Sequence record: SRR31156797_6845
Direction: 5' to 3' (one strand)
Length of the DNA stretch: 64,000 nt
Shown: one piece after another, positions 30,275 through 40,248 of the stretch
Layout of the letters: each line of letters starts with the position of its first letter
Numbering within the stretch: the first letter of the stretch is position 1
The notes under the pieces: model-generated
What the model was told of the DNA's origin: nothing
Database searches by the model: none
Seen by the model: only the letters and a program-made list of their open reading frames with translations
Program-made: the position numbers and the translations under genes

Positions 30275-31792
30275 ATGTACACAGACATCCTCATCAATGC
30301 AACATCGTATGAAAATCGTATAGCTTTAGTTGAAAACGGGAACCTTCTGGAATTTCACACAGAGCGTTTTTCTGAAGAAGGGCTTATTGGCAATATCTAT
30401 CTTGGGCGTGTTGTTCGAGTCTTACCCGGTATTGATGCGGCCTTTGTAGATATCGGCCTTGCTAGGACAGGTTTTCTGTATGTCGATGACATCATTGTTC
30501 CAGCTCAAGGCGGCCTCAATCAAAAAACATCCTACGGGACAAACGGGATCGAAAACGGGAAAAAACAGACCAACCTTCCAATAAACGAACTCCTTAAAGA
30601 GAACCAACCAATTCTTGTCCAAATAGCCAAGGAACCGATTGGTACCAAAGGTGCCCGCCTTACATGCAACATTACAATTCCCTGTCGCAACCTGGTATTC
30701 ATGCCTCTCACTGATCATATCGGTATATCCAGAAAAATCGAAGATGAAAGTGTTCGTGATCAGCTTAGGGAAAAAATAGAAACACTCCGTCCCTCAGGAG
30801 CGGGTTTTATTATTAGGACTGTTGCGGAAAATATCAGCAATGAGGAATTGGAAGCAGATATGGAGTTTTTGCTGCTTCTTTGGGACGATATCCTTTCCAA
30901 ATCATCTAAAGCAAAGGTCCCAAGTCTCATATACAAGGATCTAGATATCATTCTTCGTGCTGTGCGGGATTTTTTCACCGAAAACATCAACGAACTCGTT
31001 GTCGATAATCGTGACGTATATAATCAACTGTCGACTTATGCCAACACATTTGCGCCACATCTACAACGAAAAATCATGTACTATGATGGCGGGATGCCGC
31101 TCTTTGAGTCCTATGGTATCGAGGTGGACATAAACTCTGCCCTGGACAAAAAGGTGTGGTTAAGATCTGGAGGCTACATCATCATAGAACCTACCGAAGC
31201 CCTGACGGTCATCGATGTTAACACCGGTCGTTATGTAGGAAAGAATGATCTTGCAGAAACCATATTTAAAACTAATATGGAGGCAGTCAAAGAGATTGCC
31301 TATCAATTGCGCCTTCGTAATATCGGTGGAATTATTATCATTGATTTCATTGACATGGATGACGAGCAGGACCGTGAAGACCTGTATAACTCCTTCAAAA
31401 AGGCAATGCAGGATGACAAAAGTAAGGTTAACATACTGAAACTTTCCGAATTTGGCCTGGTCCAAATGACCAGGAAGCGACTTTCCGAAAACCTGACCCA
31501 GACCATGTGTGAGCCCTGTTGTTATTGCGGTGGGGATGGTTTTATAAAGTCAAGCCGTACTATATGTTATGAAATTTTCAGAAAATTAACAAAAGATGCC
31601 CGTAAAATCGAATGCACTACGGCAGCTCTAAAAGTACATCCTGATGTGGCAGATATGCTGCGAAACGACGAGGCAGTCCATGTTGATCAACTGGAACAGG
31701 ACACAGGAAAACGGTTTACCATTACCTCCGTTCCTGATATGCATATAAAACGATATGAAATTACCTGGAAAGATTGTCCCGCCCAGAAGTAA
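30275..31792 (+). CDS. rng: Rne/Rng family ribonuclease (RNase G-like)
   Basis: GNIYLGRV.RVLPG..AAFVDIG, KEP.GTKG, IDVNTG, IGGIIIIDFIDM; ATG 30275. Confidence 0.92.
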   Translation: MYTDILINATSYENRIALVENGNLLEFHTERFSEEGLIGNIYLGRVVRVLPGIDAAFVDIGLARTGFLYVDDIIVPAQGGLNQKTSYGTNGIENGKKQTNLPINELLKENQPILVQIAKEPIGTKGARLTCNITIPCRNLVFMPLTDHIGISRKIEDESVRDQLREKIETLRPSGAGFIIRTVAENISNEELEADMEFLLLLWDDILSKSSKAKVPSLIYKDLDIILRAVRDFFTENINELVVDNRDVYNQLSTYANTFAPHLQRKIMYYDGGMPLFESYGIEVDINSALDKKVWLRSGGYIIIEPTEALTVIDVNTGRYVGKNDLAETIFKTNMEAVKEIAYQLRLRNIGGIIIIDFIDMDDEQDREDLYNSFKKAMQDDKSKVNILKLSEFGLVQMTRKRLSENLTQTMCEPCCYCGGDGFIKSSRTICYEIFRKLTKDARKIECTTAALKVHPDVADMLRNDEAVHVDQLEQDTGKRFTITSVPDMHIKRYEITWKDCPAQK

Positions 31793-31894
31793 TCATCAGC
31801 AGGTCATACTCAACGCCAAGGGACCAGACAGAGTGTTACTTTTTTTGCTAATACTCCCTATAGATACTTAACGTTAAATCAAACAATATTTACA

Positions 31895-33286
31895 ATGGCA
31901 AGAAAAAATCGAAGGCGTCACACCTCACGTCCCAGCAAGGGCGGTTTCTTTCGTAAATTTCTCATTACCCTTTCCATCGGTGTTGTAGTTGCAGCAGCTG
32001 TCTCAGGGTTTATTTTATTTGAAACGGAAAAGCCCACGCTCATACTAGAAAAACAGATACATTATCTCGGCGCAAATGTGGATTTTCCACTCAAGGCGGA
32101 AGACCAAAAAAGCGGTATACGCTCAGTTGAAGTTGTGTTGGAACAAGACGGAAAAACCAGTCAACTTTTCAACCGCTCTTTTAACCGCAATGCCTGGTTC
32201 AAGGATGCCGGCCCCAAAATGATGGAAGAGACACTCGCCATTGATGCAAAAAGGGCGCAACTTGCCGATGGCAAGGCCTCTCTGATTATCCGAGTCCGCG
32301 ACTTCTCACTCAACCAGATGATGCGCGGCAACGAGACCGTGCAAACCATACCGGTCATCATTGATACTAAACCACCTAAGGTCATTGTCACCCATGCCCA
32401 AAAATACATAAGACCTGGTAGCAGCGGCATAGTTACCTACCAACTTTCAGAGACCTCCAAACGCCATGGAATTCAAATCGACGATTTATTTTTCCAAGGA
32501 TTTCCAAGTGGTAAAAGCGACAAACAATTCATAGCCTATATTGCCCTTCCGTGGAACAGTAAGGAACCAAGCCTTACCAAAGTAATCGCTATTGATGAGG
32601 CAGGGAACGAGGGAAAATCTCTTTTTTCCTTTACCTTTAAACAAGTAAAGGAAAAGAAAGATAAACTCAATGTGAGCGATGGGTTTTTAAAAAACAAGAC
32701 TCCGGAATTCGAAGAGCAGTATCCCGATGTCAATGGACAGATGATTGACAAGTATCTGTATGTTAACAATGAGGTCCGCAAGAAAAATGCAGAAGCCATC
32801 AAAACACTTTGTGCAAATCCCAGTAGTGACCGGTTTTGGAGAGGTCGTTTTTTACGAATGCCTGGAGCCAAAAAAGCTGGTTACGCTGATCAAAGAACCT
32901 ATTACTACAAAGGCAAACCAGTAGACTACCAAACACACCTTGGTATTGATCTCGCGTCTACTGCCCGGGCAGATGTCCGCGCAGCAAACCGCGGCAAAAT
33001 TGTTTTTGCTGATTATATGGGTATATACGGCAACATGGTCATAATTGATCACGGCCAGGGGATTTTCAGCCTTTATTCGCATTTAAGCCGCATTGACACT
33101 GAAGAAGGTGCCATGGTTGATATTGATGAACATATTGGCAACACAGGGACAACAGGTATGGCAGGAGGCGATCACCTCCATTTTTCCATTCTGGTTCATG
33201 GTATTTTTGTCACCCCTGTGGAGTGGTGGGACCAGCATTGGATAGATGTCACCATAGATGCATTTGTCGGTCCTGACCCGTCTTGA
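31895..33286 (+). CDS. M23-family metallopeptidase, membrane anchored
   Basis: N-terminal TM; HLGID, IDHGQG..SLYSHL, DHLHF. Confidence 0.9.
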   Translation: MARKNRRRHTSRPSKGGFFRKFLITLSIGVVVAAAVSGFILFETEKPTLILEKQIHYLGANVDFPLKAEDQKSGIRSVEVVLEQDGKTSQLFNRSFNRNAWFKDAGPKMMEETLAIDAKRAQLADGKASLIIRVRDFSLNQMMRGNETVQTIPVIIDTKPPKVIVTHAQKYIRPGSSGIVTYQLSETSKRHGIQIDDLFFQGFPSGKSDKQFIAYIALPWNSKEPSLTKVIAIDEAGNEGKSLFSFTFKQVKEKKDKLNVSDGFLKNKTPEFEEQYPDVNGQMIDKYLYVNNEVRKKNAEAIKTLCANPSSDRFWRGRFLRMPGAKKAGYADQRTYYYKGKPVDYQTHLGIDLASTARADVRAANRGKIVFADYMGIYGNMVIIDHGQGIFSLYSHLSRIDTEEGAMVDIDEHIGNTGTTGMAGGDHLHFSILVHGIFVTPVEWWDQHWIDVTIDAFVGPDPS

Positions 33287-33330
33287 CTTTTTTAGAACTT
33301 ACCTCACACAGCTGATCTCCTGTTTCAAAA

Positions 33331-34764
33331 GTGAAACAATTGCGACTTCCACTAATTTTATACAGCTATATAGCTGCAGAACTTCTTGCGCCTTTTTTTG
33401 CAAGTTTTATCATTCTTTACTCAGTTTTCTTCCTGGTAAGACTTATTCCCCTGCTCGAAGTTGTCCTTGAGCTCCGAATCGGTTTTGCGGATTTCATCCG
33501 TCTCTTTAGTTATATTTTCCCCCATATGCTGCTCTATGTCATCCCCATGGCCAGCATGACCGGGGTAATTATAGGTTTTACCCGCCTGACTAATGATAGG
33601 GAAATCCTTGCTCTCAAAGCCTGCGGAGTCAGCCTGCGCCAAATGCTGCCTCCTGTCATTATAGTTGCCGCATCCATTGCAATCCTTACCGGTTTTTTCT
33701 CTATTCGTCTTATTCCTGCAGGCGAACAGGCCGTAAAATTACTCATGTTCCAGCTTGCCAAAGAAAAGGTCGATAAAGGACTCAAGGAAAAAAAATTCAC
33801 CGAAGCCTTGGGTGACCTTGTTGTCTACGTTGACGAAATTGATGAGCAGGAGAACTGGCACGGTGTCTATGTTTCTGATATGAGAAACCGTGAACAACCT
33901 ATAATAACGGTTGCTAAAAATGGGAGAATGAAGGCTGAAGTCGAAAAAATGGTTGTCACCATAGTCCTTAACAATGGTACCCTGCACAATGCAGAGGGGC
34001 CAGATAACCAGGTCGTTCGTTTTCACCGCTACCAACTCCAAATTCCCCTACGACCACCCACGAGAATTGATGGTGATGATGTTACCCGGATTGGGAAAGG
34101 AGCAATGAGCCAGAAGCAATTATTGCAGACAGCAGCTCAATTAGGGCCAGACACCAAAAATGGGATTGTCTACCTTACAGAATATCACCACCGATTGGTA
34201 CTCCCTGTAGGATGTTTTATCCTCAGTTTGCTCGGTCTTCCTCTCGGGTTGCAGGCAGGTCCTGGCAAACGTGCTGCAGGTATTCCTTTAGGTCTTGGTT
34301 TCTTTGTGTTTTATTATATAACTTTTACCACAGGCAGAGTACTAACTGAAGACATGGTTCTCCCTGTTGTGTTTGGTATGTGGCTTCCTAACATTCTTTT
34401 TGCCCTGCTTACTGTATATGTTTTTTACCGCGTAAACCGCGAAAAACCTTTACTCCCAGAAAGACTGCAGGCTGCAATCAGCAGGCTGTATGAGTTACTT
34501 ATCCAACCCTTGATAGCCATCGTAGGAAAGGGGTGGAAAAGACTTATCACTAGAAGATCAACCCATGAGCCTACAAAAGACACTGCAGAGCTAGAAGAAA
34601 ATCTTCCTGTACATGCAAATGCAGTAAGTCGTATCTACCACTTCTCAGCATGTGAAGAATATGACTGCTCTCAGTGTACAATTGAATTTCTATCATCTTC
34701 CATTGCCGAAGCATCAGGGTTTAAACCGTGTCCTTTCTGCAAATCCCTGAGTGAAAAAGAATAA
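33331..34764 (+). CDS. lptF: LPS export permease LptF with C-terminal Cys-rich extension
   Basis: RLTNDREILALKACGVS, EYHHRLVLP, WLPNI; extra tail with YH..C, C..C and CPFC. Confidence 0.8.
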   Translation: MKQLRLPLILYSYIAAELLAPFFASFIILYSVFFLVRLIPLLEVVLELRIGFADFIRLFSYIFPHMLLYVIPMASMTGVIIGFTRLTNDREILALKACGVSLRQMLPPVIIVAASIAILTGFFSIRLIPAGEQAVKLLMFQLAKEKVDKGLKEKKFTEALGDLVVYVDEIDEQENWHGVYVSDMRNREQPIITVAKNGRMKAEVEKMVVTIVLNNGTLHNAEGPDNQVVRFHRYQLQIPLRPPTRIDGDDVTRIGKGAMSQKQLLQTAAQLGPDTKNGIVYLTEYHHRLVLPVGCFILSLLGLPLGLQAGPGKRAAGIPLGLGFFVFYYITFTTGRVLTEDMVLPVVFGMWLPNILFALLTVYVFYRVNREKPLLPERLQAAISRLYELLIQPLIAIVGKGWKRLITRRSTHEPTKDTAELEENLPVHANAVSRIYHFSACEEYDCSQCTIEFLSSSIAEASGFKPCPFCKSLSEKE

Positions 34765-34766
34765 AC

Positions 34767-35672
34767 GTGAAATTTGTAACCAAACTTGTCATTACCGTCC
34801 TTCTCTTTGTTCTCATTTTTCGTAACATTGATTTTGGTGCCACCTTTGAGATCGCTGCCGAAGTAAACGGGCGAACCCTCGCCATAGCTCTGATACTGTT
34901 GATCTGCAGCAGTTGTACTGCTGCTTTTCGGTGGAGCATCATCATGAAACAACTTGGATTCAATGAGTCATTTACTTTTTATCTGCAAAGTTACTTTAAA
35001 GGTGCTTTTTTTAACCAGGGATTACCTACCAGTATTGGTGGCGATGGTCTGCGGATTATTGATACCGCACGCATAGCAAAAAACAAGGAAGATGCATTTA
35101 ACGGAGTTTTTATAGACCGCATTGTAGGCCTTGGAGGGCTTTTACTACTCAACATTTTTGCCCTGCTCCAAAATCGTACTCTTTTACCCGAACGAGTTTA
35201 CCACCCCCTGCTGGTTACCATTATTCTCTTTTTGATAGGTTTAGTGGCGTTATTTTTTCTGCACAATATTAAGTTGTTCGACCGGTTAAAGTTACTCAGG
35301 TACCTCAACAGGCTTTCACAGAGATATGCTAGCATCTACTCTTCAATAAACGGAATATCAATACAGGTAGTTCTCAGCGTATTAACGCACCTCTTTGCAA
35401 TGAGTACTTTTTTTGTGCTTGGACAGGGTGTAGGGCTGATGTATCCACTGCAGACCTACCTTGCTCTAGTGCCCCCAGTTATCCTGCTTACCATTCTCCC
35501 AATATCTCTTGCCGGATGGGGAATTCGTGAAGGCGCTATGGTTGGTTTTTTTGTATTGATCGGTGCTGATAAGGTATCAGTCCTTTCCCTTTCCATCTTG
35601 TATGGCTTGCTTACTCTAGCCGCGTCACTACCAGGTCTTTTCGTTTTTTTGACCCAGAGACAACGGATCTAA
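34767..35672 (+). CDS. Lysylphosphatidylglycerol synthase TM/flippase-like protein (UPF0104)
   Basis: FFNQGLPTSIGGDGLR, DRIVGL, PISLAGWGIREG. Confidence 0.85.
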   Translation: MKFVTKLVITVLLFVLIFRNIDFGATFEIAAEVNGRTLAIALILLICSSCTAAFRWSIIMKQLGFNESFTFYLQSYFKGAFFNQGLPTSIGGDGLRIIDTARIAKNKEDAFNGVFIDRIVGLGGLLLLNIFALLQNRTLLPERVYHPLLVTIILFLIGLVALFFLHNIKLFDRLKLLRYLNRLSQRYASIYSSINGISIQVVLSVLTHLFAMSTFFVLGQGVGLMYPLQTYLALVPPVILLTILPISLAGWGIREGAMVGFFVLIGADKVSVLSLSILYGLLTLAASLPGLFVFLTQRQRI

Positions 35673-35707
35673 AAAATATCTGCTGTATCCCAATTTAGGA
35701 AATCCCC

Positions 35708-36925
35708 ATGAACATTGATACTATGCGAGCGGTCGACAAATGGGTCGGAATACCTTTGACCTTTTTCCTCACTTTGCCGGTGAAACTGATTTCGCTGCTC
35801 AAAAAAACAACAAATAAGAAGCCGCAGCGAATTCTTTTTATAGAACTCTCGGAAATGGGGTCCACAATTCTCGTTAACCCTGCCCTGGAAAAAACAAAAA
35901 CTCAATTAGGAGCAGATCTCTATTTCGTCATATTCAGCAAGAATAAACCCAGTTTGGACCTACTGCAAACTATCCCTGATACCAACATTTATACTATCCG
36001 TGAACATAATTTAATTGTTCTCGCTTTGGATACGGTTGCTTTTCTTTTCTGGGCTCGCCAAAAAAAAATTGACACTGTTGTTGATCTAGAACTGTTCTCT
36101 CGCTTTACAGCACTCCTCACCGGTCTTTGCGGTGCAGTTATTAGGGTGGGATTTCACAGCTTCCACAATGAAGGTTTGTACAGGGGGGACCTGTTAACGC
36201 ACAAGGTGGCTTATAATCCGCATTTACACATTGCCAAAAATTTCATTGCTCTTGTCAATGCTTTACTTGCACCATCTGAAGAGCTTCCCTTTTCAAAATC
36301 ACTCATAGATGACAGTGAGATCAAACTACCAGTTATCACCTCATCTGAAATGGAAACATCTTCAATCCGGGCACTCATTAAAAACCGATACAGTGGTTAT
36401 GACAGTTCCGTGCACCGAATTGTTCTTATCAACCCCAATGCCAGTGAATTGCTTCCTCAGAGGCGTTGGATGCCAGATCGGTATATTGAACTCATCAAAC
36501 GGATCCTCAAGGTAGATGAGAATATAATTGTCCTGATAACAGGCGCTCCGTCAGAAGCGAAAGAAGCAGATGAAATGTGCGCCAGAGTCGGCAATGAGCA
36601 GTGTGTTAATTTTGCGGGTGCGACCCCCCTGCAGCAATTGCCTGCTTTGTACAACACAGCCGCCCTGATGGTGACCAATGATTCAGGACCTGGGCATTTC
36701 TCTTCTATCACAGCCCTGCGGACTTTTGTCCTTTTTGGTCCGGAAACCCCTGCATTATACGGCTCATTAGGCAATGCAGCCCCAATCTATGCTAGTCTGG
36801 CCTGCTCCCCCTGTGTAAGTGCATCAAACCACAGAAAAACACCTTGCAGAGATAACAAATGCTTGCAGGCAATTTCTGTGGATCAGGTATTTAGTCTCGT
36901 TAAAGAAGAACTCAACCAAAGGTAA
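35708..36925 (+). CDS. Glycosyltransferase family 9 (heptosyltransferase-like)
   Basis: RRW, TNDSGPGH, LFGPETP, CSPC...C...C tail. Confidence 0.88.
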   Translation: MNIDTMRAVDKWVGIPLTFFLTLPVKLISLLKKTTNKKPQRILFIELSEMGSTILVNPALEKTKTQLGADLYFVIFSKNKPSLDLLQTIPDTNIYTIREHNLIVLALDTVAFLFWARQKKIDTVVDLELFSRFTALLTGLCGAVIRVGFHSFHNEGLYRGDLLTHKVAYNPHLHIAKNFIALVNALLAPSEELPFSKSLIDDSEIKLPVITSSEMETSSIRALIKNRYSGYDSSVHRIVLINPNASELLPQRRWMPDRYIELIKRILKVDENIIVLITGAPSEAKEADEMCARVGNEQCVNFAGATPLQQLPALYNTAALMVTNDSGPGHFSSITALRTFVLFGPETPALYGSLGNAAPIYASLACSPCVSASNHRKTPCRDNKCLQAISVDQVFSLVKEELNQR

Positions 36926-37096
36926 CTATTTAGCAGTACCACACGGAGTTTGCGCTTACCTCTACGCACGATCAGGCAAAAATATACTATCACTATAGTC
37001 GCTATTCAGCTGGTTTTCGCACCTCGATCATTGTTGAACAATTATCAATTGAGGTTAAGTTTACGCTGGGAGACCTGTTCCAAATGTCTCCTTGGG

Positions 37097-37783
37097 TCAT
37101 TGAGCATTATCCGGTACTGGTAACTCTGGTTTGAGCCATATGGAAAGCAGCTGTCCTATAATATACACTATTCCACCTGCCCAAATAGTATCACTAAGAA
37201 AATGACCTCCCTGGAGTATACGGGTAATGCCGACCAATATTCCCCATCCAATCCCGACAAACAGCAGGAAGCTGGCATCTTCCCGCCGCAACCTACGGAC
37301 CAGAAACCAAGGTCCAATAACAGCAAAAGCAATGGTGGCATGGCCAGAAGGGAAAGAACTATTCGATCCAGCCTTCCCTGGTTCCCAAAAAAGATGAAAC
37401 TGGTGCTTGCCATTAAACTCCACCACTTCTCTTGGCCTTGGCCGCCCAAGATTATCTTTTAGTAGTACATTAGCAACTAACCCAGGTCCGAGAACCAAAA
37501 ACATGATAATAAATATGGCCTGCTTTCGAAGCAACCTAAACTTAACCAGCTTACTCCCAAGTATCAGCACCATTAAGGCAGCACCACCCGTCAACCAGGC
37601 AGGCAATGGCGCCCATTTGTAAATAAACTCCCAAAAATAATCGTTTACCCCTATCCATCCTGTTTCCTTATCAAAAGCCATTGCAGCCAACCATCTATCA
37701 GCATCGGTCAACCAAATGAGGAAAGTTGCTGCAATCAAAAATAAAAGAACTGTAAAAAGTTCGTTAAGCTTGTCTGTGAGCAT
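37097..37783 (-). CDS. PAP2-family phosphatase
   Basis: K...GRPRP, SFPSGH, RILQGGHFLSD. Confidence 0.9.
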   Translation of the reverse strand: MLTDKLNELFTVLLFLIAATFLIWLTDADRWLAAMAFDKETGWIGVNDYFWEFIYKWAPLPAWLTGGAALMVLILGSKLVKFRLLRKQAIFIIMFLVLGPGLVANVLLKDNLGRPRPREVVEFNGKHQFHLFWEPGKAGSNSSFPSGHATIAFAVIGPWFLVRRLRREDASFLLFVGIGWGILVGITRILQGGHFLSDTIWAGGIVYIIGQLLSIWLKPELPVPDNAQ

Positions 37784-37977
37784 AAAAGTGAGATAAATAA
37801 ATAATTTATAACTTCTAAAATGGATTGAAATATATCAAGTTACCAGCATCCAGTACATTCCCTGGTTTTAAAAACTATATAGTCCTCTTGGAGACTCTCA
37901 GCAATGACTCTCTTACCCAGTGAAGAGCTTGACTCCCCAAGACACTGCCTAACCTCTTTTAATTTAAGTACTCTGTT

Positions 37978-39531
37978 ATGAAAACTACAGGCCGTAATTA
38001 TAAAATGGCGACCGGACTCGTCATCGTGACCGCTCTTGCCATTCGCCTTTTTATCAGCTCTCAGTTTCTACTTGTCCCGGATGAGGCCAATTATTGGCAA
38101 TGGAGCAGATATCTTGCCCTTGGTTATCATGACCATCCTCCTATGATTGCCTGGACCATCTGGCTCGCCACCCAACTTCTAGGACAAACCGAACTGGCAG
38201 TACGGTTGCCAACTGTAGTGGGGTGTGCCATTTTTTCCTGGTATACTTGCCTCCTCGCGGCGCGTCTTTTTTCTTGGCGTTGCGCTCTTCACACAGGAAT
38301 TTTAGTCCAGCTTATATTACTCATTAACGGGTCCGCCCTGATCTCTACACCGGATGGGCTCTTGCTGCCATGCTGGGCTGCAGCGTGCTATCATGGATAT
38401 AGGTCAGTTAATGATCGCAGTGTATCACAGTGGCTCCTTACCGGCATATGGTTCGGTTTAGGGCTTTTATCAAAATACACAATGATTCTTTTTCCCGCAT
38501 CTCTCTTTCTCTGTATACTTGTTACCAGGGAATACAGGAGCTGCCTACGTTCCATTTGGCCATGGATAGGGCTGCTTGTTAGTATTTTCATCTTTTCGCC
38601 TGTTCTTATCTGGAACAGCCAACATGAGTGGGCAACATTTCGGCATGTACTCTTTCAGGGAGGCGTAAATAACAGTGAGTTTATTACCCTTGGATATATT
38701 GGTGATTTTCTTGGCTCCCAGTTGCTGCTGCTGACGCCGATTTGTTTTTTACTGCTGTTACGCTTTTGGCTGCTTCCTTCTTCACGCATAAAATTTCCGG
38801 GACATAAGATTTCGTATCTGCTGTGGATGTCTTTGCCTGGTTTTTTAATTTTTCTTCTTCTCGCTTTCCATGTGCGCATCTATGGAAATTGGCCGGCACC
38901 TGTTTATACGACCGGCATAATCTTCATTGCTGCTGCATATGCCCCCTGGAAAACCAAATTAGAACAAATGAATTTAATGTGGAAGGCAACTCTCGGTGCG
39001 GCTGCGCTTTTCTCTTTACCCGTGATGGTTCAAGTCGTCTATCCCCTTCTCCCATTACCTGTTGATCTAGACAGAACAGCAAGGGAAACAGCAGGCTGGG
39101 ACATGCTTGGAAAGAGAATTAACACTGCGGTCCTTCAGATGCCCGATCCAGAAGCTACTTTTATTTTTGGGTTACGTTATCAATATGCCAGTGAACTGGC
39201 CTTTTACACTCCGGGTCAACCAAAAACCCTTTCCATCAACAAATGGGCACGCCCCAATGTCTACGATTTTTGGTTTGATGACAGCATGGTTATTGGCCAG
39301 GACGCAGTGGGGATATTCACCCACCCTGGAATGGAAGCCAGAGTCGCAACCTTGTTCGAACATGCTGATCCAGTGGAAAAAATCGTAGTAACCAGAAAGT
39401 CACCGTGGTTCGGCATCCAAAATGTACAAAAAATATATCTCTTTCGTGGCTATGGCTTTAAAGGAGGTTTGCGATGGCAACCACAAAGTAACGATGACAT
39501 CCGGGCCACCGAGCAGCAAACCTCTCAATAA
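37978..39531 (+). CDS. ArnT/GT39-like membrane glycosyltransferase
   Basis: PDEANYWQW, GYHDHPPM, TPD, LSKYT, many TMs. Confidence 0.88.
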   Translation: MKTTGRNYKMATGLVIVTALAIRLFISSQFLLVPDEANYWQWSRYLALGYHDHPPMIAWTIWLATQLLGQTELAVRLPTVVGCAIFSWYTCLLAARLFSWRCALHTGILVQLILLINGSALISTPDGLLLPCWAAACYHGYRSVNDRSVSQWLLTGIWFGLGLLSKYTMILFPASLFLCILVTREYRSCLRSIWPWIGLLVSIFIFSPVLIWNSQHEWATFRHVLFQGGVNNSEFITLGYIGDFLGSQLLLLTPICFLLLLRFWLLPSSRIKFPGHKISYLLWMSLPGFLIFLLLAFHVRIYGNWPAPVYTTGIIFIAAAYAPWKTKLEQMNLMWKATLGAAALFSLPVMVQVVYPLLPLPVDLDRTARETAGWDMLGKRINTAVLQMPDPEATFIFGLRYQYASELAFYTPGQPKTLSINKWARPNVYDFWFDDSMVIGQDAVGIFTHPGMEARVATLFEHADPVEKIVVTRKSPWFGIQNVQKIYLFRGYGFKGGLRWQPQSNDDIRATEQQTSQ

Positions 39532-39701
39532 TATTCAGGCAGATTATTGCAGAGGGTTTTACATTCAGCCACACTTTTAGTGTTAAATCCCCTTGATAGA
39601 GATATCATGCGATGATACCGTATAGTATGAAAGCAACCTAAGAGGTAACCTGTTCAAGACATCTCGCAAGCTATCAAAAGCAATATGGCGGGGGGCACAA
39701 A

Positions 39702-40154
39702 TTGAAAATAAAAAATGTTTGCACCGTTACCCGAAAAGTTTTTTTTTGGGAATGTCTCACTCTGTTTTTGGTCATAGCTGTGATCTGGGTAGACGAACTC
39801 TTTGACATCCCTTTTCTTTTATTTGGTGCAAAACCTACACCTGTCAATTGGCACGAGGCCCTCTTTGAAAGTTTTGTCATTCTCTGCGTTGGAGCAGTGG
39901 TTATTGGTTATAACCGAAAAACCCTTCTTAAAATTAACAAAATTGCTGAAGTGATCCCTGTTTGTGCCGCCTGCAACAGGTTACATGATGACGATGAATT
40001 CTGGAACATTCTAAAAGAAGGCGCTAACCAGTATTGCAAATCACAGTTTGTAAACGGGATTTGTATGGGCTGTCTCGAAAGATACTATCCAGAAGTTTAC
40101 ACGCAGCATTTAGCAGATTTGGAAAACAAACAAAAGCTGCCGCGGAGACTGTAA
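39702..40154 (+). CDS. Small membrane protein with C-terminal CxxC...GICxxC domain
   Basis: Two TM helices; IPVCAACNRL.DDDEFW and NGICMGC..YYPE. Confidence 0.7.
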   Translation: MKIKNVCTVTRKVFFWECLTLFLVIAVIWVDELFDIPFLLFGAKPTPVNWHEALFESFVILCVGAVVIGYNRKTLLKINKIAEVIPVCAACNRLHDDDEFWNILKEGANQYCKSQFVNGICMGCLERYYPEVYTQHLADLENKQKLPRRL

Positions 40155-40248
40155 ACCTCGAAAGAAATGACAGTTAACAGTTCTGGCAAACATTTATTGC
40201 AGGACTTGGCATAAACTACTCCAAAACCCCTAATATCACACATTATCC

